Below, one piece after another: positions 1 to 9,885 of a stretch of DNA of 59,657 nucleotides (position 1 is its first letter; every line of letters begins with the position of its first letter). Origin of the DNA: a virus (lineage: Duplodnaviria; Caudoviricetes); the IMG/VR virus record IMGVR_UViG_3300031787_000135, positions 1 to 59,657 of that record; one strand, 5' to 3'. The position numbers and the translations under genes were made by a program. The notes under the pieces were generated by a model. That model saw only the letters and a list, made by a program, of their open reading frames with translations, had not been told where the DNA came from and made no database searches.

Positions 1-371
1 ACGGAGCAAACGCGACAGGCACTTCGGTATCGTTTCCAGCGCTAACAAACGGATTGGTGTATCGCGACGGTAGCCTGGACAATTGGTACATCGGAATTGC
101 CATGCAATTGAACTCAGCGAACTCCCTAGAGACACCTCCGAGCGGAATGGCGAACGTGGCGGTGGAATCATCGAGCGGCGCTTGGAAAGCGGTTTTGCAC
201 GACACCAACGCAAGCCAGCTATCGAACTGGGCAACGGCAGCTACCACGGTGGCAACGGCAGCGGCTAGCTCAACACGGGTCTATCAGCTCTTTGAGTTTG
301 ACGGGCCGAGTTTTGGCGGTGGCGGTGGCGGCTTGATTTTGCCTAGGGCGATGAATGGAGGTCTGTTGTGA
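1..371 (+). CDS. 5'-truncated virion structural protein (Ala/Thr/Ser/Gly-rich)
   Basis: Frame is open from base 3 to the stop at 371; composition and position at the head of the structural run. Confidence 0.6.
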   Translation, partial: GANATGTSVSFPALTNGLVYRDGSLDNWYIGIAMQLNSANSLETPPSGMANVAVESSSGAWKAVLHDTNASQLSNWATAATTVATAAASSTRVYQLFEFDGPSFGGGGGGLILPRAMNGGLL

Positions 372-1687
372 GTCTCAATAAGCGCACAAGGGGAAAGACA
401 CAATTCTCTACGCCTTTTTTCTTCGCGGACACAACGTCATCAACGGGCGACGGGCTCAGCGGTGTTACGTCGGCATCGCCTGGATTGGTGATGGAGTACC
501 GCAGACAAGGCCAGTCAACCTGGACAAGCGTGACACCGCAATCAGGAAAAACGCTCGGAAGCTATCTGTCGGGTGGCATTGTCGCGGATGGATCGCCAGC
601 GGGGAACTACGAGGTTGATTTCCCGGATGCGGCATACGCTTCGGAGGCTGGCGTCGAGTGGGTTGCTCTGCGTGTTCGCGGAGTGACGAACATGCTTGCA
701 ACCACCCTGATGATTGAGCTTGATGCAGCGGATTACAGCGATCCGGTTCGGCTAGGTCTTACATCGCTGCCTAACGTCGCGCAGGGAAGTAGCGGAGCTT
801 TGCCGACTGGAAATGCAAGCGGTCAAGTGACGGTCGCAACACTCACGGCAGGAGCAATCCAATCGTTTTGGGATTTTCTTACTTCGGGCCTAACAACTGC
901 TGGTTCGATCGGAAAGTGGATCCTCGACAACCTGAACGCAACGGTAAGCAGTAGGGCCAGTCAAACCAGTGCTGATGCAATTGGGGCAAAAACAGTCAAC
1001 TTACCTGCAAACCCTGCGGCGGTTTCGGACATTCCAACGGCTGCTCAAATCGCCGATGCTGTCCTAGAGGAAAGCGTCGACGATCACGATGGGGTTGCTC
1101 ACAGCCTTGCAAAGTACATCAGCATTATTAAGAAGGCAAACACGATTGTCGAAGGTACTGTGACCAATGCAGTGACGCCAACGACCACGAGCTTTTCGAG
1201 TAACGTGAACTACCCGACCGGGGCCTTCAAGCACGCTGTTTTGGTGTTTACAAACTCGGCGGCGATCAACGAGCAGAACAGTCCGATTCTCGGCTACGTT
1301 AATACCAATGGGGTGTTCACGGTCGAAGAACCATTTACCGTTGCTCCTACTGTTGGCGATGAGTTTATTATCAAGCCAACCAACCACGTTCACTCAATCG
1401 CGGCTATCCAAAACGGTTTGGCTACCAGCACAGCGTTGGCCGCCGTTGCGATCAAGTTTGCAGGGATTACGTCTCTAGCCAACTGGCTCGGAGCCATTGC
1501 AGGTAAGACCGCTGACTCGACCACTCGCTCGCAGATCAACGCTACAGCAGCCGGGGCGAGCTTCAACGAGACGACAGACTCGCTCGAAGCGATCCGAGAT
1601 CGCGGAGATGCGGCTTGGACTAGCGGTGGTGGTGCTGGGGGCGTCACTAATCTCACGGTTGAAGACCGGAGCATAACACTGGAGTAG
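368..1687 (+). CDS. virion structural protein, 439 aa
   Basis: GTGA start/stop overlap with the upstream gene; A/T/S/G-rich, beta-type composition. Confidence 0.65.
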   Translation: MSLNKRTRGKTQFSTPFFFADTTSSTGDGLSGVTSASPGLVMEYRRQGQSTWTSVTPQSGKTLGSYLSGGIVADGSPAGNYEVDFPDAAYASEAGVEWVALRVRGVTNMLATTLMIELDAADYSDPVRLGLTSLPNVAQGSSGALPTGNASGQVTVATLTAGAIQSFWDFLTSGLTTAGSIGKWILDNLNATVSSRASQTSADAIGAKTVNLPANPAAVSDIPTAAQIADAVLEESVDDHDGVAHSLAKYISIIKKANTIVEGTVTNAVTPTTTSFSSNVNYPTGAFKHAVLVFTNSAAINEQNSPILGYVNTNGVFTVEEPFTVAPTVGDEFIIKPTNHVHSIAAIQNGLATSTALAAVAIKFAGITSLANWLGAIAGKTADSTTRSQINATAAGASFNETTDSLEAIRDRGDAAWTSGGGAGGVTNLTVEDRSITLE

Positions 1688-1689
1688 CC

Positions 1690-2940
1690 ATGGCTCGCAT
1701 AATTCGCAAAGTATTCAAGGTAGACGGGGTTCCGACTGACGTTACTTCCGCATTGCTATCGGATCCAACGGGTACCTTTGGGGTCAAAAGGAACGACACA
1801 AACGCCGTAGTTGTGGCTGATGGAACGGCAATGACCTTGGTCTCTACCGGAACGTACCAGTACGAGTTCAGCGATGTGGTCAATGTCGACTACACCGCTT
1901 ACGTCGAGTTTGTTTATGACGGCGCAACGTATCGCTTCGAACTGGACTTCCCTGCTCGCACGAGCTCGGTCAGCGGTCCCGCAAGCTACTCAAGTTTGGT
2001 AAGTAGGGTTGGTCACTATTTGTTCGGCGCAGAGGCAGGTGCGGCGTTTTCGCCTGATCAGCTTACGCGGATCGGCTATTGCATCAGCGATGGATTGCGG
2101 CGTGTTTACTCGGCGCACGAGTGGTCTTTCTTCAGACCCTTGGTGGACGTGGCGACTACGGCACCCTACGCAACGGGAACTGTAACCGTGGCAGCAGGTG
2201 TTGTTACGCTCGTTGGAGGGACGTTTCCTTCGTGGGTGGCAAACGGAATCATTCGCCTTGCAAGCAAATACTACTCAGTGGCGAGCCGGCAAAGCAACTC
2301 GCAGGTAACACTCGACGATACGACTGTCACGGTGTCAAGTGCGTCTGCCTATCAGATCGCAAGAACTGACATTCCTATGGACGTAGCGTTCGATTCGATC
2401 GCAAACGACAGCGACCTCACGTTTTACCCAGGTCCAGACCAATGGTATCCATCGGTGAAACAAAGGCACGACACGACAGTTAGAAAGCTCGAGACCGAAA
2501 ACACAGAGTTCGGGCGACCTTGCTTCTACTCAGTAAGGACCGATCGATTCGACCCAACCGTGGGGAGCCGAAAGTCGCTTGCGTTTTACCCTGCGCCTGA
2601 TGCAGCTTACGTCCTGCGGGTTCCGATGATCTTGCGTCCAGTAGATCTGAGCGAAGCAAACCCCTACCCCATTGGAGGGGAGATGTTGAGTCAAGTCATC
2701 CTGGAGGCTTGCTTGGCTTCGGCAGAGCACAACTACGAGGAGAGGGAGCACGTTCACGAGAAGCGATTCCTGGAAATGATCGCTTTAGCCATCCGAAATG
2801 ACATGGAACGGTCAAGTCCGACAAGTTTAGGACCAGATGCACCCCGCGGCGAGTATGGAAATCGTAGCGTTTTCGATTATGATTACCGTAGCCGAGAACA
2901 GCGAATTGGACGGTTGACAATTGGAGGACAGATTCAGTGA
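1690..2940 (+). CDS. putative head-tail adaptor / tail tubular protein with extra beta domains, 416 aa
   Basis: GGAG RBS; adaptor-like pattern (YSSLVSRV..HEWSF..GRPCFYS..LAFYPAPDAAYVL). Confidence 0.55.
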   Translation: MARIIRKVFKVDGVPTDVTSALLSDPTGTFGVKRNDTNAVVVADGTAMTLVSTGTYQYEFSDVVNVDYTAYVEFVYDGATYRFELDFPARTSSVSGPASYSSLVSRVGHYLFGAEAGAAFSPDQLTRIGYCISDGLRRVYSAHEWSFFRPLVDVATTAPYATGTVTVAAGVVTLVGGTFPSWVANGIIRLASKYYSVASRQSNSQVTLDDTTVTVSSASAYQIARTDIPMDVAFDSIANDSDLTFYPGPDQWYPSVKQRHDTTVRKLETENTEFGRPCFYSVRTDRFDPTVGSRKSLAFYPAPDAAYVLRVPMILRPVDLSEANPYPIGGEMLSQVILEACLASAEHNYEEREHVHEKRFLEMIALAIRNDMERSSPTSLGPDAPRGEYGNRSVFDYDYRSREQRIGRLTIGGQIQ

Positions 2941-3260
2941 CAACACAACGATACAGTGCTCAGATTCCAGCGGTGACGATTGGAACCTCGATTGCCGCGA
3001 GTTCAGTAATTGATTTCAGTAGCTCCGAAACTGGGAGGGTACATATCCCTGCGGGTTCGTCTCTGACGACATTGAACTGGTATGCTAGCTTGACTGACAA
3101 TGGGGTTTACACCCAAGTCAGGGATGGCTCGAATGCTGACGTTACGTCGACCGTGGCGGCAGGGTACAATTACGCGTTCCCAGCGGCTTTGATTGGCGCA
3201 AGTTTTTTGAAGATCGTCGGCAACGCTGCGGGTGTTGCTGGCATCACCATGAAAGATTGA
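2937..3260 (+). CDS. small virion protein, 107 aa
   Basis: GGAGG RBS, GTGA overlap, all-beta composition. Confidence 0.6.
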   Translation: MTTQRYSAQIPAVTIGTSIAASSVIDFSSSETGRVHIPAGSSLTTLNWYASLTDNGVYTQVRDGSNADVTSTVAAGYNYAFPAALIGASFLKIVGNAAGVAGITMKD

Positions 3261-3284
3261 TTTTTTACTCAAAGGAGAGTAAGC

Positions 3285-3680
3285 ATGTCGGAGCATAATA
3301 TTTTGAATGAGTTGCTTGGTGCGTTTAGCAGTAACGGTCCTGGTTTGGTTCCGTTGATCGCTTCGACGGCTGGAACTCAAATCCCTGACGAGCGGTTGGT
3401 TCAGTTCGTCATCCCAACCTGGGGTAACGCGAACAACATCTTGATTCTTCCGAATCCAGAGCCAGGAAAGATCGTCATCATTGCCGGCGCGGCAACTGGA
3501 GGCGAGTTGCGAACCACGGCTCCAGCAACGATTGCGATTAACGGAGGCACTGGTGCTGCTGCTGAGTCGGCGGTTGCTGCCAACCAGATGGTTATTTGCA
3601 TCTGCGAGTCTGCGACTTCGTGGAAGGCGTTTACCATCGCCGGCAACGGAACCACCGCAGGACTCGAAGCCGCAGCTTAA
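3285..3680 (+). CDS. small virion protein, 131 aa; resembles the C-terminal domain of 4934..7072
   Basis: AAGGAG RBS; LPxxxPG..(I/L)NG..CxC..W pattern shared with the fibre C-terminus. Confidence 0.65.
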   Translation: MSEHNILNELLGAFSSNGPGLVPLIASTAGTQIPDERLVQFVIPTWGNANNILILPNPEPGKIVIIAGAATGGELRTTAPATIAINGGTGAAAESAVAANQMVICICESATSWKAFTIAGNGTTAGLEAAA

Positions 3681-3688
3681 TCGTTGAC

Positions 3689-4930
3689 ATGCCAACCAAA
3701 GAGATACTATTCCCCTCGGGCGTGAATCGACGCTTCTCATTTCGTCAAGAAGTGGGCAGGCGCGATCGGTATTTCAGTCCTTGGTCTGTCAATTGTCGCA
3801 TGGAGGACTTCCAGGGTCGCCTTCGTGGAGGATCTTGGTCCCCTTCTGCTGCTGGATCGGTGCCTGCGACACAAAGCAACTACTTTGTCAGCGGTAGCAA
3901 TGCGATTGTAGACGACAGCGGGAATCGCATTGTTGCGAGCTCTGGTGTTGCTGCGGTTCACAGTGGAGGGGTGGTTTACGTAGATCCAGGATCAAACGCT
4001 CCGGCGTCCCACGGTGCTCAATGCGTCTATCGCGATCGATTCATCCGTCCTTCGGGAAGGATTATCTTCGCTAGCCGGCAGGGCGTTTACACCGATTGGT
4101 CGTTGAGTGCTGACGTCAGCGACATGGCGCGTCCGTTTGTTATCCAGTTGTCCGAGGCTGGAGAGATCGGAACTGACATTGTGGCACTGATTCCGCACAA
4201 AGACGCTTATCTGTTGGCGGCAACGAGCGGTTCGCTTTGGGTGGTTCAGGGGGATCCGACTGCTGATGGAACGTTGCGAAACGTTTCTCGAGAAGTCGGC
4301 ATGGTGGGTCCAAAGGCTTGGTGCCGTGATCACCTCGATCGGTACTACTTCCTGTCGTCGCATGGTCTTTACACCGTGTCGGCGTCTGGTGACGGTCTGC
4401 AAGCGATCTCCGAGGATGTTGTCCCTGAGCAACTCACAGGGGTTGCTGATGCGTCCACTGTGCTGGAATACGACCACGAAACTCGGTCGGTGCGCATTCA
4501 TATACCGTCAGCGGCGGTTTCCTGGATGTTCGATACCGAGCGCATGGGGTTCTGGCCGTTCAAGGTTGGGAACTCCAGCTCGCATGTCGCTCTGGGTCCA
4601 ATTCAACTCGGGAACAGCAACAGCTACGGCAGGTTGATTCAGTTGCATGGCATCACCGCTTCTGGGAGTGTGAATGTCACCTGGAGGGTTATGGTGGCTG
4701 ATACGGCAGAGCAAGTGAGCATCAACGCCAAAGCGGCGATTGAGGCTTTGGTTGCTGGCACTACGCCATCGAATGTTCACAGTAGCGGCGTTTGGACGGC
4801 AGGTGTAAATCACCGTTGCTACCCTCGCGCCAGGGGTAAATACATGATCCTGCTCATCTCGGCTGCAAGTGGCAACTGGGCGTGGGAAGGTGCGAGTGCA
4901 GTGATAGAGCCTTCTGGGGCGTGGAGGTAG
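3689..4930 (+). CDS. putative tail nozzle / DNA stabilisation protein (P22 gp10-like beta-propeller)
   Basis: Start MPTKEILF just after the previous stop; motifs YRDRF..IIFASRQG..DW, VGMVGPKAW, YFLSSHGLY. Confidence 0.55.
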   Translation: MPTKEILFPSGVNRRFSFRQEVGRRDRYFSPWSVNCRMEDFQGRLRGGSWSPSAAGSVPATQSNYFVSGSNAIVDDSGNRIVASSGVAAVHSGGVVYVDPGSNAPASHGAQCVYRDRFIRPSGRIIFASRQGVYTDWSLSADVSDMARPFVIQLSEAGEIGTDIVALIPHKDAYLLAATSGSLWVVQGDPTADGTLRNVSREVGMVGPKAWCRDHLDRYYFLSSHGLYTVSASGDGLQAISEDVVPEQLTGVADASTVLEYDHETRSVRIHIPSAAVSWMFDTERMGFWPFKVGNSSSHVALGPIQLGNSNSYGRLIQLHGITASGSVNVTWRVMVADTAEQVSINAKAAIEALVAGTTPSNVHSSGVWTAGVNHRCYPRARGKYMILLISAASGNWAWEGASAVIEPSGAWR

Positions 4931-4933
4931 ATC

Positions 4934-7072
4934 GTGCCTGATGTGACATTCTCCGAATGGATTGCTGGCTTGCCAGTCGATACGCTTACGGGACCAGAAA
5001 AGGTTCCGGTGCTTGACGGCACGACGTCTCGTCATGTCACGGCGACATTGCTTGCCGCATTTGTCGTCGACACGCTCCATCAAGCTCCAGTGATCACAAC
5101 GGTTGCTGACGCCGATGAACTCAACGTGTTTCAATCGGACATCGAAAAGATCATCACGGCTCAGAACTTCTTCAATTGGGTGGTGGACAAACTCGAAGCG
5201 ATTGAAACGAGCGCGACGATCGTCTCTGGCGACAAGTTGGTGTTCAACGACGGCGGCATTCTCAAGCAGATCGATATCGATAACGTCAAGACGTTCCTCA
5301 ACTCCTCGGCTGTTTCCCTCGGGAATCAAATCGCCAGCTTGTCTGCTGCAACATTGGCTGACACGGATCAGTACGTCGTTGCGCAAACCACGACTGCACG
5401 CAAGACGACGTTTGCTGACATTGCGGCGAGGGTCCACTCGCAGTTCTTAGCGTATGTTGCTGGTCTTTCGGCTGTTGCAACGCTCGCTGATGCGGACACG
5501 TTCTACGTGAGCGATAGCGGGGTGGCAAGCAAAGTCACAGCGCAAACGATCGCGACCTACGTGCAAGGCAAAGTTGGAGCCAGCGTTGTTTCAGGCGCAT
5601 GGGATACCTACTCGGCGCTCGGAGCGGCGGCGAACGCAACCGATGTGTTTCTTCTCGAGCGAAGCGGAACAGGAAGGACGGCAACTGGAGCAAATCTCGC
5701 GTCATACGTTGTAGGGACTCAGGATAGTGCGGCGAGCGCCGGTAGCGGAGTGGCTGGAGACAACTTCCTGATCTTCCGATCGGGAGTGCAGAACAAAATG
5801 GATATCGGCCAGTTGGCTACCTATGTCCTGGCTTCTGGATGGTCGGCAGCAAGCGGGAACCCAGTGGCAACTGGCGACAAGATTACGATCGGCAGGGGCG
5901 GGGTCACTTTCAGCGTCACAGTCGACCAACTCAAGACGTTTGCTCTCGTTGGCGTGCAGGCGAGCGTACTTGACCTTACCGGCTTGACGAGTGCTTCGCT
6001 TGCCTCGGGATCGCTATTCCTGGTCGGGGATGGTTCAACAGCCAAGAAAGCCACCTTAGCGGAACTTGAGACAAAGCTCTGGGTTGACTTCCAGACCTAC
6101 GTGTCTGGCTTGACGGCCTTGACGGCACTCGAGGACGCCGACACGTTCTATGTCATCGAAGGGACCACCCCCAAGAGGATCACTGGAGCAAACATTGCGT
6201 CCTACATCGAAACCGAGATGTGGGATAAAGCTGATGCAAGTCCTGCGGTTCAGGCTGGCGATGACCTGTGGATGCGACGAAGCACGACGAGTTACAAACT
6301 GGACGTTGGAGCTCTTGCCACCTACGTTGCTGGCATTGTGACGAGTAGCATCGATGTGGGTGCGTTGACGGCAGCAGCACTTTCCGATGGCGACCTGTTT
6401 CTTGTCGACGAGGGAGCGACGAACACGAAAGTTACGCTCGCAAATCTGCGGTCAAACTTTTGGGATGCACTTCCAGCTCACGTCACAGGGTTGACGGCTG
6501 CGACCACTGCGGTTGACGCTGATATTCTGTACATGATCGGCACTGGCACACCTCGAAAGCTGACTGTTGGCGACCTGTGGGACAGCCGCTATTTACTCGA
6601 TGCCAAGACGATCAAACTTGACGATTTCACGGCTTGCGACGACAACACTGACCTGAACGCCACCTCGTCTGCGCACGGTCTTTTGCCGAAACTTAGCAAC
6701 AACACAAGGCAGTTCTTGCGTGGTGACGGAACTTGGGCTCCTTCGTCCAGTTCCACAGCAATAGCAACTGCGGCAACTGGAAGCACTTACTTGGATGCGG
6801 CAGCTTTGGCAGCTACAAACACAACGTACATTACCTCGGATAGTGCAGCCAAAGGGGTGAAGTTGCCGACTGGTGCTCCAGGTGACATCATGGAAGTGAT
6901 CAACACCAGTGCGACTGCTGCGAAGCTGTACCCTGCAACAACTGGGGTGTTGAACGGTCAAGCAGCAAACGCAGGTATTGTTATCCCAGCCAGCAAGGGG
7001 GTTCGGTGTTTTTGCTCTGCGATTGACACCTGGACGGTGTTTGACATGACAGCCAAAGCTGCGAACGCTTAA
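4934..7072 (+). CDS. tail fibre/spike-like protein with ~35-40 aa internal repeats, 712 aa
   Basis: GGAGG RBS; recurring LxDxDxFxV...KxTxxxL units. Confidence 0.65.
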   Translation: MPDVTFSEWIAGLPVDTLTGPEKVPVLDGTTSRHVTATLLAAFVVDTLHQAPVITTVADADELNVFQSDIEKIITAQNFFNWVVDKLEAIETSATIVSGDKLVFNDGGILKQIDIDNVKTFLNSSAVSLGNQIASLSAATLADTDQYVVAQTTTARKTTFADIAARVHSQFLAYVAGLSAVATLADADTFYVSDSGVASKVTAQTIATYVQGKVGASVVSGAWDTYSALGAAANATDVFLLERSGTGRTATGANLASYVVGTQDSAASAGSGVAGDNFLIFRSGVQNKMDIGQLATYVLASGWSAASGNPVATGDKITIGRGGVTFSVTVDQLKTFALVGVQASVLDLTGLTSASLASGSLFLVGDGSTAKKATLAELETKLWVDFQTYVSGLTALTALEDADTFYVIEGTTPKRITGANIASYIETEMWDKADASPAVQAGDDLWMRRSTTSYKLDVGALATYVAGIVTSSIDVGALTAAALSDGDLFLVDEGATNTKVTLANLRSNFWDALPAHVTGLTAATTAVDADILYMIGTGTPRKLTVGDLWDSRYLLDAKTIKLDDFTACDDNTDLNATSSAHGLLPKLSNNTRQFLRGDGTWAPSSSSTAIATAATGSTYLDAAALAATNTTYITSDSAAKGVKLPTGAPGDIMEVINTSATAAKLYPATTGVLNGQAANAGIVIPASKGVRCFCSAIDTWTVFDMTAKAANA

Positions 7073-7087
7073 CGAAAGGGGTGGATA

Positions 7088-9097
7088 ATGTCGACTGAAA
7101 ATGACGTATCTGTAGTACCAGAGGTTACGCCTAACCAGTTTTTTTACGAGCTGCCAGACATTGCCAATCCGTTTACTTCGGTTGCGCAATGGTTCACAAC
7201 TCAAACACTTTCTGACATCCCAGAAAACGTTATGGGATGGCTTGTTGCACAGGGGTTCGAGATTACAAACATTCGGCAGGACAACACCACCGTCCCGCCA
7301 ACGAACTATTTTTCGGTTAAGAAGCAAGGCTTGTATCCTCCTGGGGTGCTGTTGGCTCTCTGCAACTCCTACACCATCGAGGCAAACAACGCGAGAGATC
7401 AAAACCAGGTCAGGTACGCCGAAATACTTGCAAACATGCAGGTGATGGTCGACAGTTCTCAAGTCCAATTTGATGCTCAGATTGCCGAGCAAAACGCGCA
7501 GTCAGGTGTGTTCCTGTCCGACCTCGATGAGTACATGAACGCAATTGAGGCGATGATTAACGACAATCAGGCTCAGATTGTCATCGACGCAAACAACTCC
7601 AAGATTGCGTTGGGGGAAATGCTCGATAGGCTTGGCGACCTGGAGACCAATGCCACTGACAACGCTTCGGAGATTGAATCGCTTTTCACCGTACAAGCCG
7701 CGAACTTGGCGACATTCGTCAATAACTACAACAGCAAACTTGCGGAGCTCGACCAGAACTTTGCAACGTACCTGGGTGATGTCTTGTCGAAGATCTCATC
7801 CCTCGACTCCGACCTCGATAGCCATATCGCAGATTACAACCAGCAGTTCGGCATCCTGGCGACCAACTACACGGCTCACGCGGCTGACATTGCGTCACAA
7901 CTCGCGTTGGTTCAGGCGAACGTTGATATCTACGTTGCGCAAGTAGATGCGATACTCACGTTGCTTGAGACTGACTACGAACAGGTGGCAGAAGATCTTG
8001 ATGCACTCAGCACGCAAACGGGAAGTTTGGTTTCTCAGTATGCGGGAGACTACAACGCGATACTGATTCTGCTTCAAACCGACTACGACACGCACGCACC
8101 GATCGCTCGAAACTTCCTAGTCAACCTCGGACAGACGGATTTAGCCAGGATCAACGAGCAGTTCGCAGGTAGCCTTTCGTCTCAAATGCAAATGCTGGTG
8201 AGCAAAGGATTGTACACGTCGACAATTCCGGTCGACATCACGGCTCGCAACACCAGGGACCGTGACGAGAATATCCAAGAACTTAACGACCGCTTGAACC
8301 GCGAGAAACTGGACAACCAGCACAAGCTTTACGAGCAGCAAGTTGCAATGCGGTCAAGGCGGCTGGACGGCACCGATCGGTTGCATTCAGTTCGCCAGGA
8401 AGTGATCAGATACCAAGCCTCGCTTGTCAATAGTATCTACTCGCTCCGCAGCGATGCCACCAACCGGATCCTTGCTGGCCGGCAGGCGATATTTGCTGCC
8501 AAGGACTCGAACTCCAAGTACGGTGTCGAGATTGCTTCGAACCTGTACGGCAAACTCCAGGATGTCAGACAGCGGACAATCGATTCGGTCGATCGGATTT
8601 ACCAACTTCGGGACGTGTTCGCCAAGTGGAGTACGGAAGAAGCCAACCGACGTTATGAGCGGATCCAGCAGATCGAGGCTCAGTTCCTTGAGGGAATCCA
8701 GCGTCAGTATGTTTCGGCTCAGGATGTAACCAAGGTGGAGATGTCCGAGAAGCACACCCTGTTGTCGCAACTACAAGCTGCTTTGACCTCGCTGATGTCT
8801 GGCAAAGAACGATACGCGGTGCTGCTCATGCAGAACGCCAACACGCTCGCCGATCACAAGCACCGTGCGATTGCCGAGATGGTCAACGCAAAGGTTCAGC
8901 GTCTCGAAGGCTGGAAGGGTGTTGCCGCTGAGAACATGCGGCTGATGACCTACCAGTTGGACGAGCGGAACAAGCTGCTTATGGCGGTCTACGCATTCGT
9001 CGAGCGTCGCCAGGACATCGGACCTGAATGGAACGACATGGCGAAGATGATTGCCGGACTCGGGGACAGTGGAGGGGGTTGGCTGACGCCAAACTAA
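7088..9097 (+). CDS. coiled-coil internal virion / ejection protein, 669 aa
   Basis: Long helical Q/N/D/A-rich sequence between tail genes and the giant protein. Confidence 0.55.
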   Translation: MSTENDVSVVPEVTPNQFFYELPDIANPFTSVAQWFTTQTLSDIPENVMGWLVAQGFEITNIRQDNTTVPPTNYFSVKKQGLYPPGVLLALCNSYTIEANNARDQNQVRYAEILANMQVMVDSSQVQFDAQIAEQNAQSGVFLSDLDEYMNAIEAMINDNQAQIVIDANNSKIALGEMLDRLGDLETNATDNASEIESLFTVQAANLATFVNNYNSKLAELDQNFATYLGDVLSKISSLDSDLDSHIADYNQQFGILATNYTAHAADIASQLALVQANVDIYVAQVDAILTLLETDYEQVAEDLDALSTQTGSLVSQYAGDYNAILILLQTDYDTHAPIARNFLVNLGQTDLARINEQFAGSLSSQMQMLVSKGLYTSTIPVDITARNTRDRDENIQELNDRLNREKLDNQHKLYEQQVAMRSRRLDGTDRLHSVRQEVIRYQASLVNSIYSLRSDATNRILAGRQAIFAAKDSNSKYGVEIASNLYGKLQDVRQRTIDSVDRIYQLRDVFAKWSTEEANRRYERIQQIEAQFLEGIQRQYVSAQDVTKVEMSEKHTLLSQLQAALTSLMSGKERYAVLLMQNANTLADHKHRAIAEMVNAKVQRLEGWKGVAAENMRLMTYQLDERNKLLMAVYAFVERRQDIGPEWNDMAKMIAGLGDSGGGWLTPN

Positions 9098-9098
9098 G

Positions 9099-9884
9099 AT
9101 GTTTCGTAAAAGACGACGTCCAACGCCAGGGTTTCAAGTGCCGCCGCCGTACAACGCGATGCGTGGCGATCATGATGATTTGCAGATGCACGGCGATTGG
9201 CCGTACTGTGCGATGATGCAAGTGGCTTGCGAGGACAAATATCCGAACTACGTCGTTTGCCGTGGATTCGATCCGAGGATCCTGAAGTTCATCGACTACA
9301 AAGAGAACAGCGCCGAGAAGCCTGGGATATCGGTAGCCAAGCCTTTTGGGTGTCGCGTGACCTCCGGTGGAGCCAAGCGATACCGCATCGGAGAGGTTTT
9401 TCCAGCTTTCCTGCCAACCCAAGGGACGGCAGATATCGACGTACATTACGTACCACCGTCGCCTGTCGAGGTTAAGTGGCGGCTTGGTCAAAACCCAGGT
9501 GTGGTCGACGGATCTCCCTACGGCGGTCCCCCGAAGTGTCTCGAGGATGAAATAGCAATTCTTCGGGATCACAACGGCAAGGTGATCAACTGGATAGCTG
9601 TCCACACAGAAAACAAGTTGTTTCGGTTCCAGTCGACTGAGGACTTGACCGACTCGGATTCGTGCGAGGCGTGCGTCAGGCAAATGTCGGGTTACTGGCC
9701 GCACACTGCAACGATCAACGACCCGAATAGAGTGTTTGACGGAATGCTGGCAGGCACGAAAGGGTACGTCATGTTTCAAGAAGGTAAATACTACATCATC
9801 AACGCCAAGTGCGATCCCGAGGAGATAGAGGCTTGCGAGTGCGAGCCAAGCGGCGAGAACGACTGCGAATGTAGCGGAGCATAA
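9099..9884 (+). CDS. Cys-rich hypothetical protein, 261 aa (about 12 Cys, CxC-rich tail)
   Basis: Tightly packed in the operon; ends ACECEPSGENDCECSGA. Confidence 0.7.
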   Translation: MFRKRRRPTPGFQVPPPYNAMRGDHDDLQMHGDWPYCAMMQVACEDKYPNYVVCRGFDPRILKFIDYKENSAEKPGISVAKPFGCRVTSGGAKRYRIGEVFPAFLPTQGTADIDVHYVPPSPVEVKWRLGQNPGVVDGSPYGGPPKCLEDEIAILRDHNGKVINWIAVHTENKLFRFQSTEDLTDSDSCEACVRQMSGYWPHTATINDPNRVFDGMLAGTKGYVMFQEGKYYIINAKCDPEEIEACECEPSGENDCECSGA

Positions 9885-9885
9885 C

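Noticed and set aside
3596-3688. Upstream start given by the ORF track for the nozzle gene
   Set aside because: Overlaps the previous gene by 85 nt; ATG 3689 fits the operon packing
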